Positions 1 through 7,811 of a stretch of 17,181 nt of DNA are shown here, one piece after another. The notes beneath the pieces are model-generated. The model made no database searches. It was not told where the DNA came from and saw only the letters and a program-made list of their open reading frames with translations. The position numbers and the translations under genes were made by a program. Source of the stretch: Octopus sinensis (lineage: Eukaryota); assembly GCF_006345805.1 (NCBI RefSeq), contig NW_021824926.1:1-17181 (forward strand), given 5' to 3'. Position 1 is the first letter of the stretch; each line of letters opens with the position of its first letter.

Positions 1-36
1 ATGATGATGATGATATGATGAATAATAATAAACAAC

Positions 37-73
<37 letters not shown>

Positions 74-151
74 TAACCATAATAATAATAACAATAATAA
101 TAATAATATAATAATAATAATAATAAATAATGATGATGATGATGATGATGA

Positions 152-183
<32 letters not shown>

Positions 184-200
184 AATAACAACAATAATAA
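1..200. repeat. Compound (ATG)n/(AAT)n trinucleotide microsatellite
   Basis: Direct reading: ATG runs at 1-20 and 130-183 flank AAT/AAC runs. A 12-bp unit (AATATCGTCAAC/AATTTCGTCAAC) follows about 3.5 times at 199-240. Confidence 0.97.
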
Positions 201-978
201 TATCGTCAACAATTTCGTCAACAATATCGTCAACAATTTCTGGCGGGTCTCACTGAAAATAACCATTAGAGCAGAATTGATAAGCTATAACAAAGAAACG
301 GCGACAGAAAACAAGAGAGGAAGAAAAACCAGAGCAAATGAGAAGATCCGGTGAGAAACATGGCGACCTACAGGGAATTTCAACCGTGTTTCGTGGTCTG
401 CTACCACAACAGCTACTTCATAGGATCCAGTTCGCTCAAGACATCTTCAGGAGGAACCACGTCCGGTTTCGGTTCCTACTCATCTACCGTTTTGACGTGG
501 AACCACTCCTACCTTTTGGCGGTGTCTTCTTTCTTCTGTTCCCTGGTCTCTTCGATGTAGCATCAACGAGTGTCAGCAGGCGACTGAGTGTCTTGTCAAA
601 TTTCGCTTTAAATACCTGCTACTAGGCTCCAGCAGGCAGCTCCGGCAAGTTGTCACGTGACACTGTCTCAACTTTAACTGACCAATGAAGGCGCGTAGTC
701 TTAGCCCACGCATTCTCTAAACGAGACCAGCGGCGGAAATGGTACTTGACCATTTATTCGATGGGAAAAACGAAGTCTTTCAGCTGTTGTTAGAATGAAG
801 ACGAATAATCTCAGATGCCAAGAAGCGAAAATCGTTGGAAGGTTAGTTTTGGGGTTGAAGAATGTGACACAGAAACGAAACCACAATTAAGTTTATCCCA
901 AATCACAATCGATTCGTGTTTCCGATCCTCGGCTGATGCGTGCGGTTTTCCTGCAGCAGTTTTCCCGATTCTTTAGGA

Positions 979-1347
979 GAGTGGTTCCCAACCATTTTTT
1001 AATCTATGGACCCTTTTGATTCTTATTTTACTGGAGTAGACCCTCATAGCTACTCGATATTTTAAAAAATCTTATATTTTCTAATAATTAAGTATCATTA
1101 GGAATTGTATTAAATTATTGCTAAATTATTTTGAGTATTCTTTTACTCTCTTACTTGTTTCAGTCATTTGACTGCGGCCATGCTGAAGCACCGCCTTTAG
1201 TCGAGCAAATCTACCCCAGGACTTATTCTTTGTAAGCCTAGTACTTATTCTACAGGTTTCTTTTGCCGAACCGCTAAGTTACGGGGACGTAAACACACCA
1301 GCATCGGTTGTCAAACGATGTTGGGGGGGATAAACTAAGACGCACAA

Positions 1348-1396
<49 letters not shown>

Positions 1397-1654
1397 GATA
1401 CATACATACGACAGGCTTCCTTCAGTTTCCGTCTACCAAATCCACTCACAAGGCTTTGGTCTGCCCGAGGCTATAGTAGAAGACACTTGCCCAAGGTGCC
1501 ACGTAGTGGGAATGAACCCGGAACCACGTGGTTGGTAAGCAAGCTTCTTACCACACAGCCAAAGTATAAGTAATTTATTGCAGATAAATCCATATAAGAT
1601 AAAATCTTCTATGGATCCTTAAGGGTTACATGGACCCCCAATTGAGAACCGCTG
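979..1654 (+). mobile_element. Non-autonomous hAT-type MITE (family 1, copy 1; ~256 bp core) interrupted by a SINE
   Basis: TIR-like ends GAGTGGTTCCCAACC (979) and ATTGAGAACCGCTG (to 1654). Flanking 8-mers CTTTAGGA (971-978) and GCTTAGGA (1655-1662) match 6/8. Removing the element restores the LINE reading frame. 8-bp TSDs are established for hAT elements. Confidence 0.85.
1141..1560 (-). mobile_element. tRNA-derived SINE, family A (head, core, internal CA/TA microsatellite, tail)
   Basis: The minus strand reads GGCTGTGTGGTAAG (A-box-like), GGTTCATTCC (B-box-like), then CTTGGGCAAGTGTCTTCTACTATAGCC. The tail ends GCATGGCCGCAGTCAAATGACTGAAACAAGTAAGAG. Homologous to 3419-3998 and 5776-6387. Confidence 0.9.
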
Positions 1655-2384
1655 GCTTAGGAGAGATAGCTGACCGGAGACAACGGACTGTTGTGCCTAT
1701 CTCGACGACCTCCAACGGTTATCGGCAGAAAAAGCGAAATTGTGACCGGGAAAACCGATAACGGCTGTTTGGAGAACGGTTGGCAGTGAATGGGTGAGCG
1801 AGGAGCAGATCGTCTGGTTCGGATGATCTGAATTAATAGCTTTATGGAAATAGTTTTATGGAATTATGCCAGATTCGTTCCTCCTTCTCTTGGCAAACAT
1901 TTATCACAACTGGCATTGGACTGGGAACGGTTCCAGCTTTTTTTTTTAGCCGGGTGGAGACGAGGGTGGCAATGCCGAAAGGGGGCAACGTCGACAATTT
2001 TCGGTCCATAACTCTGTTGAAGATTTTGACCAAAGCAATTGTAAAGGGGATGGCGTGTGTCGCCTGTTATATGGTTGGAGATACGCAACCCTGTGCGGTT
2101 CTTTGAGGATCTATCGGCCAAAAGCTGCACTTCATGAGGTTTATCATAGAATCAGTGGGTAAGAAATATGGCTTTGGGAGCGGCTCTGAGAGGCTTTTAG
2201 ACCAATCTAAAGTCTTCCATAGGAGCAAGCATCACTGTATGGCGATGGTTCTCTGTTAAACTGATTTCGCTGTTGTTTTCAGCAGCTCGATTGCTTCGTG
2301 GTACACGCTCGCTGGTCAGACCAAAATACCCACCAAGCGGAACCGTTTCGGATCCCAGGATCGGTTCAGCAACGATCTCTTGTA

Positions 2385-2695
2385 TCATCATCATCATCAT
2401 CACTACCACCACCACCAAAACCACCACCAACACCACCACCATCACCACCACCACCATCATAATCATCATCATCACCACCTCCACTCCCATCATCACCACC
2501 TCCACCCCCATCATCACCACCTCCACCCCCATCATCACCATCGTCATCATCATAACCACCACCACCACCATCATCGTCATCGTCATCATCATCACTACCA
2601 CCACCACCATCACCATCGTCATCATCATCATCGTCATCATCATCATCATCATCATCTTCATCATAATCATCATCATCATCGTCGTCGTCGTCATC
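2385..2695. repeat. Compound (CAT)n/(CAC)n microsatellite inside the LINE RT region
   Basis: Direct reading. It is the source of the poly-His/Thr/Asp ORFs in the track. Confidence 0.97.
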
Positions 2696-2810
2696 GTTTC
2701 TGTACGTTTTGGTTCTCGAGACATTGCTATGGAAATTAGAGGTATTGATGGCCATCCCATCCGAACTTAGATGATTCGGCGCTGACTTATTTGACAACAA
2801 ACATTCTACC

Positions 2811-2945
2811 ACAAACACACACAAACACACTCTCTCTCTCTCTCTCTCCTCTCCCTCTCTCTCCTCTCTCTCTCCTCTCTCTCTCTCTCTCCCTCTCTCT
2901 CTCTCCTTCTCTCTTTTTCACTTTCTCGTTCTCTCTCTCTCACTC

Positions 2946-2980
<35 letters not shown>

Positions 2981-3005
2981 CTGTGTATGTGAGTGTGTGT
3001 GCGTG
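2811..3005. repeat. Compound (CA)n/(CT)n/(GT)n microsatellite
   Basis: Direct reading. Confidence 0.97.
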
Positions 3006-3217
3006 CGTTTGTCACCAAAGCAGTTTTAATGTCCTGTCAGCCGTGCCATGTCGACAGCGTCCAGACAGCTGTACTCAGTGACCTCATTCAGGACTGAGGG
3101 CGTCGACCAAGTTGAACGGAATGGTCTGTTCCAGAGGATTTCGAATCCTGGAACACAGGGCTCGGCAATGACGCCGGGATGGCGCATTGCTATCAGGTGA
3201 GTGTTGTTACAAGTGGC

Positions 3218-3588
3218 TTGGCACTCCGTCGCTTGCGTCGATTCGATCAACGGAGCACCCTGCTCTTGAAATTAATGTGCAAGTGGCTGAGCACTCCACA
3301 GACACGTGTACCCTTGACGTAGTTCTCAGGGAGGCTCAGCATGACACAGAGTGTGAACAAGGCTGGTTCTTTGCCATCTGAGCGGACTGGAGCAAATGTA
3401 AAATAAAATCTTGCCCAAGGAGTAGGAGTGGCTGTGTGGTAAGTAGCTTGCTTCCCAACCACAGGGTTCCGGGTTCAGTTCCACTGCGTGGCACCTTGGG
3501 CAAGTGTCTTCTACTATAGCCTCGGGCCGACCAAATCCTTGTGAGTGGATTTGGTAGACGGAAACTGAATGAAGCCCATCGTATATAA

Positions 3589-3660
<72 letters not shown>

Positions 3661-4070
3661 CCTTTTGTATATATAAGTATATATATATACTTATATATGT
3701 ATATGTATATACTCTTTTGTCGAACCGCTAAGATACGGGGACGTAAACACACCAGCATCGATTGTATATTTATATATGTATGTGTGTGTATGTGTTTGTG
3801 TGTCTGTGTTTGTCCCCCAGCATTGCTTGACAACAGATGCTGGTGTGTTTACGTCCCCGTAACTTAGCGGTTCGGCAAAAGAGACCGATAGAATAAGTAC
3901 TAGGCTTACAAAGAATAAGTCCTGGGGTCGATTTGCTCAACTAAAGGCGGTGCTTCAGCATGGCCACGGTCAAATGACTGAAACAAGTAAAAAAAAAAGG
4001 ACACATGGCGCTGCCGAGAATGGAACTCATGACGTTATGATTGTGAACCGAATACACTATCCGCTAAGCT
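3218..4070 (-). mobile_element. tRNA-derived SINE, family C, split by a family A SINE
   Basis: The minus-strand head at 4070-4000 (GCTTAGCGGATAGTGTATTCGG...GAGTTCCATTCTC...GTGTCC) joins across the insertion to TTGGGCAAGATTTTATTTTACATTTGCTCCAGTCCGCTCAG (3418-3378). This core matches the cores at 11365-11410 and 10095-10145. The extent of the tail (to ~3218) is inferred. Confidence 0.75.
3419..3998 (+). mobile_element. tRNA-derived SINE, family A, full length with A-rich tail
   Basis: GGAGTAGGAGTGGCTGTGTGGTAAG (A-box-like), GGTTCAGTTCC (B-box-like), core, (TA)n tract, then a tail ending ACTGAAACAAGTAAAAAAAAAA. Confidence 0.92.
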
Positions 4071-4199
4071 TTCACTAAACTCTACATTAGTGGTTTTCAA
4101 CCATAGTCCCTATGTCCCTTGGGGATTCATATAAGATTTTGTTGCTAAAATTTATCTGCACTGAAATCTGTTACTTTTCTTTTAAGTCATCAAGTATGA

Positions 4200-4557
4200 A
4201 ATTTGTAGAAAAAAAATTTGCAGAAAAAAAAATTTGTAGAAAAAAAAATTTGTAAAAAAAAAATTTGTAGAAAAAAATTTGTAGAAAAAATATTTGTCGA
4301 AAAAAAATTTGTAGAAAAAAAATTTGTAGAAAAAATATTTGTCGAAAAAAAATTTGTAGAAAAAAAATTTGTAGAAAAAAAATTTGTAGAAAAAATATTT
4401 GTCGAAAAAAAATTTGTAGAAAAAAAATTTGTAGAAAAAAAATTTGTAGAAAAAAATTTGTAGAAAAAAATTTGTAGAAGAAAAATTTGTAGATAAAATT
4501 GGTAGAAAAAAATTGTAGAAAAAAATTTGTAGAAAAAAATTTGTAGAAAAAAAAGTT
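4200..4557. repeat. Minisatellite, ~15-bp unit ATTTGTAG(A)6-9, about 23 copies
   Basis: Direct reading. A variant unit TATTTGTCG recurs at about 4291, 4336 and 4396. Confidence 0.95.
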
Positions 4558-4588
4558 TGCTAATGTTTCATGAATACAAGAAATAATT

Positions 4589-5578
4589 TTATTCATCAAA
4601 GTATGCACCCATATTGTCAATACACTTTTGCCATTTCAGCGGTAGCTTGGCCAGCCCGAAACTGTTAAAGCCTGGCAATCTAGAGTCAAAAAAATCTTGG
4701 AAGGCCTGTTTTACAGCATTGACGGAATTAAACTTTTTTCCTATCAAAAGTTATCCAAATTCTGGGGGCAAGATCAGGTGAGTATGGTGGATGATGGAGA
4801 ACTTCCAACTCCAACTCCTGTAGTTTCGCCAATGTCATTTTTGCGATATGTGATCTGGCATTGTCTTGCAATAAAATCAGAGTGGATCTGTTGACTAATC
4901 TAGGCTGTTGTTTTTTTTAAGTTTCTGCATCATTTGGTCCAGTTGGCTGCAGTATACTTCGGCCGTGATTGATGATCCAGGTTTAATGAAATCATAATGG
5001 ATCACACCTGCGCCAGACCACCAAACACACACCATCAGCTTCTTTTGATGAATTTCGCTTTTTGGACTGTGTTTCGGTGGCTCGTCTTTGTCCAACCATT
5101 GTGCTGAACCTTTACGGTTGTTGTATTGGATCCATTTCTCATCACATGTTACAATTCTATTCAAAAATGATTCATTTTTGTGACGAGAAAGTAGCATAAT
5201 GCAGGCTTCCAAACGTTGCTGTTTCTGATTTTCATTGAGCTCACGTGGAACCCACTTATCCAACTGTTTCACTAGGTGAGTCAATAATGTTTGCTTGCTA
5301 ACTCCAAATAACAACGATAATTCACGGGCACATTGAAATAGATCCGACTCGACGGTGGCTTTCAGTTCGTCATCATCCACCTTTATTTCTGGTCGACCAC
5401 GTTGCTCATTTGTGAGGTCAAAGTTACCAGAACAAAATTTTGCAAACCAAATTGATACTGTCTGTCGTGTAATAACATTAGAATGAAATACTCCTTTAAT
5501 ATTCCGAGCTGTCTGTGATGCTGTATTTCCAAAAAAGAACTCATATTTCAAAACTGTACGAATTTCTGACTTATCCAT
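4589..5578 (-). pseudogene. Mariner transposase pseudogene (227-aa N-terminal ORF, then a frameshift and a deletion of the third catalytic Asp)
   Basis: The ORF has the mariner N-terminal HTH region, WVPREL and TCDEKW. A shifted frame continues LLQDNARSH and HPPYSPDLAP, then jumps to NLDNFL...KWQKCIDNMGAYFDE* (stop at 4589-4591). The usual (S/T)DYHFF segment after YSPDLAP is missing. Confidence 0.95.
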
Positions 5579-5775
5579 CTCTAAGCAAAAATAGCAAAAA
5601 GCGATTTATAAATACTTTATAAAGCGAAAAATGAGTCAGAATAAAGAAGTGGATGTGTCAGCTTTGTAACAAAGCATAAAGATTGTCGAAATATAATAAT
5701 GGCGCAAAATGAGCCGCTGGCAAAGTTTACCATATACTTTACTTGACGACCTAATACAACACACAAAATACTGTA

Positions 5776-5991
5776 TTCTTTTATTCTTTTATTTATTTCA
5801 GTTATTTGACTGCGGCCATGCTGGAGCACCGCCTTTCATTCGAAGAAATCGATCCCAGGACTTATTCTTTCTAAGCCTTATACTTATTCTATAGGTCCTT
5901 TTTGCCGAACCGCTAAGTTACAGGGACGTAAACACACCAGCATCGGGTGTCAAGCTATGGTAGAGAGACAAACACAGACACACACACACAC

Positions 5992-6053
<62 letters not shown>

Positions 6054-6166
6054 GACGTGACGTGACCGACCAGTCCATCAGATGTAGTTACACATCGCTG
6101 GTCACAATGCGTTCGCATTGTTTTTTAGCCTTCGAATGACGCCACCCCGCTGGCTAAGCGAGCAGG

Positions 6167-6240
<74 letters not shown>

Positions 6241-6387
6241 GTATATGTATATATACGACGGGCTTCTTTCAGTTTCCGCCTATCAAATACACTCACGAGT
6301 CTTTGGTCGGCCCGAGACTATAGCAGAAAACACTTGTCCGAGGTTCCACGCTGTGGGACTGAACCCGGAACCATGCGAACGCCTGCG
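5776..6387 (-). mobile_element. tRNA-derived SINE, family A, with an internally deleted head and an insertion in its (TA)n tract
   Basis: Tail TTCTTTTATT...TTTCAGTTATTTGACTGCGGCCATGCTGGAGCACCGCC at 5776-5835 and core at 6255-6375. The minus-strand head reads CGCAGGCG joined directly to CATGGTTCCGGGTTCAGTCC, so the A-box segment is missing. Confidence 0.88.
6052..6168. mobile_element. ~117-bp non-microsatellite insert within the (TA)n tract of a SINE; probably a fragment of another short retroposon
   Basis: Mixed-sequence block TATGACGTGACGTGACCG...GCGAGCAGGC flanked on both sides by (TA)n. It is absent from the two other family A copies. Confidence 0.6.
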
Positions 6388-6789
6388 AACAATAACCTTA
6401 ATAAAATTCTTAATTGTATCTAATTATACCTAATTATATGGTAGGATTTTTCTGAACATCAAATGACTATGGAGGTCTGGCAGAGTTAAACCAGGAATGA
6501 AAGGGGTCCATAGGCAAGAATTGGTTGAGAACCCCTCTTCTACAAGTATAGAAAATACTGACAGCCGGGCCAGGGGATCGAAACTGTCGTGGTTACAGTA
6601 GTTTAGGGTCCAAGCGTTGCTGACGCTCGGACTCTGAATTGGAATTATATCCAACAGCTGTTGTCACGTGTCGAATGGATCAGGCTCTCAACCGAGTCCA
6701 TTGTGAACACCTCACCCCTTGTTTGACCCCCACCTAGGAGACTGTGCTGTCCTCACTATTGGGATGTTTCATTTCGTTTCCACTTAAAC

Positions 6790-7246
6790 CAGGGGTTTTC
6801 AACCATTTTAACCTATGGACCCATTTCATTCCTATTTTGCGCAGTGGGTGGGACCCTCATAGCCATTTGGTGTTCAAAAAATCAATTCATATCTTTATAT
6901 ATTTCTTTATTGCCCACAAGGGGCTAAACACAGAGGGGACAAACAAGGACAAAGAAAGGGATTAAGTCGATTACATCGACCCCAGTGCGTAACTGGTACT
7001 TTATTTACCGATCCCGAAAAGATGAAAGGCAAAGTCGACCTCAGCGGAATTTGAACTCAGAACGAAACGGCAGACGAAATACGTCTACGCATTTCGCCCG
7101 GCGAGCTAACGTTTCTGCCAGCTATAATTAAATATTAGAAATTGTATTAAAAATTTGTTAATATTTTGTGTATTGTTGAAGTATTACCAGAATATTGCAG
7201 ATAAATTTTAACAGCAAAATCTTATGAGGACCCCCCCAAGGGCCAT
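6790..7246 (+). mobile_element. hAT-type MITE family 1, copy 3 (right end truncated), containing a family B SINE
   Basis: Starts CAGGGGTTTTCAACC...CTATGGACCC. Resumes after the SINE with ATAATTAAATATTAGAAATTGTATT...TGCAGATAAATTTTAACAGCAAAATCTTAT...CCCAAGGGCCAT. No right TIR is visible. Confidence 0.8.
6901..7123 (-). mobile_element. tRNA-derived SINE, family B
   Basis: The minus strand reads AGCTGGCAGAAACGTTAGC...GAGTTCAAATTCC (B-box-like)...GTCGACTTTGCCTTTCATC, with tail GGGCAATAAAGAAAT. Homologous to 9062-9278 and 10502-11054. Confidence 0.9.
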
Positions 7247-7811
7247 ACTTGCAGGATGGCAATCTTTCCTTATTATTTACCGTGGGCGGTCCCACAGCAC
7301 TCGCCAAGTTGTGACATGAATCAAGCACTGTCTAAGCCGAAAGGTTGTGTGCACCACGTGCACGTGTAGGACGTAACTGGTTCCGGTGTATTACTGCATT
7401 CGGTACCACCGCGACAAGTAGGCAAGGCCCCAGCGGCGCACGCGACCGGCTGGAGGTAAAATCGGAGGGAGGCTGACTAGAACCCTCAGGTTCCCCCTGT
7501 CTGTCATCGGACTCTCATTCGGCATCCCTGTTGTCTCATATTCGATTATGTCCCCTTAAATTTTGGTAATTAGTACTTGCTATGTTCTTTCAGCCAACGT
7601 CCTTAAGGCAAATAAAGAAACCCTTATTTTCGCCCCAACCCTTACCCCCCGATCTCGATAAAATATAAATACTAGTCAAGAACTGGAAGTCGATTTAATT
7701 GACTCATCCCCCTCTTTTTGTGAGACACAATTATTATATTTTGTTGTATCTCGGGAGGGTCATCATGCCAATAATAAACACACGCACGGGTTCTATTTCA
7801 CTTCTTTTATT

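Larger units (their letters stand above)
202..3200 (+). pseudogene. Fragmented, degenerate L1/Tx1-clade non-LTR retrotransposon ORF2 (post-endonuclease linker, RT domain, possible C-terminal piece), split by later insertions
   Basis: Manual translation with stops and frameshifts. 202-354 gives WRVSLKITIRAELISYNK and 745 onward LDHLFDGKNE. 936-978 joined to 1663 onward gives MRAVFLQQFSRFFRRDS*...AYLDDLQRLSAEKAKL*PGKPITA. About 1810 gives SSGSDDL (KSPGxDG-like). 1978-2260 gives KGGNVDNFRSITLLKILTKAIVKGMACVACYMVGDTQPCAVL*GSIGQKLHFMRFIIESV...LLDQSKVFHR (RPITLL, Q-CAVPGRSI and LDQSKAFDRV motifs). About 2338 gives EPFRIPGSVQQ and about 2696 SFLYVLVLETLLWKLE (SVRQGCPLSPLLYVL motif). About 3180 gives WRIAIR*VL (weak). 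The comparison is with remembered L1/Tx1 ORF2 motifs. Confidence 0.85.
4182..5754 (-). mobile_element. Tc1/mariner DNA transposon (mariner, probably cecropia/Hsmar1-like), defective
   Basis: TIR-like ends TTAAGTCATCAAGTA (4182-4196) and TACTTGACGACCTAA (5740-5754) match 13/15. TA follows at 5755-5756; the left TA is not preserved. The ends enclose the transposase pseudogene. Confidence 0.88.
4088..6537 (-). mobile_element. hAT-type MITE family 1, copy 2, expanded to ~2.45 kb by a nested mariner and SINEs
   Basis: Ends TAGTGGTTTTCAACC (4088) and GGTTGAGAACCCCTC (to 6537). Flanks CTCTACAT (4080-4087) and TTCTACAA (6538-6545) match 6/8. Segments 4088-4165 and 6390-6537 are reverse-complement homologs of the two halves of copy 1. 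Confidence 0.82.

Noticed and set aside
2197-2830. Long ORFs rich in His, Thr, Asp/Gly or Met/Val (119-187 aa)
   Set aside because: They are translations of the (CAT/CAC)n microsatellite in several frames. The flanks belong to a dead LINE.
3419-3500. tRNA gene candidates (also about 10150-10238, 11420-11490 and 12640-12718)
   Set aside because: A/B-box-like motifs are present, but they continue into repeated SINE cores and tails, and I could not close a cloverleaf.
4171-4620. 149-aa (LQIFF)n ORF and 81-aa (FVEKK)n ORF; also a superficial CRISPR-like periodicity
   Set aside because: These are products of a stop-free minisatellite. There are no unique spacers, no cas genes, and the context is eukaryotic.
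6550-6585. CTGACAG...GAAACTGTC as a hammerhead
   Set aside because: The core is not CTGANGA and no stem I or stem II pairing is present.
6662-7316. Possible solo LTR (TGTCAC...GTGACA) containing MITE copy 3
   Set aside because: The flanks GCTGT and TGAAT give no TSD, and there is no primer-binding site or polypurine tract. A 6-bp inverted match is expected by chance.
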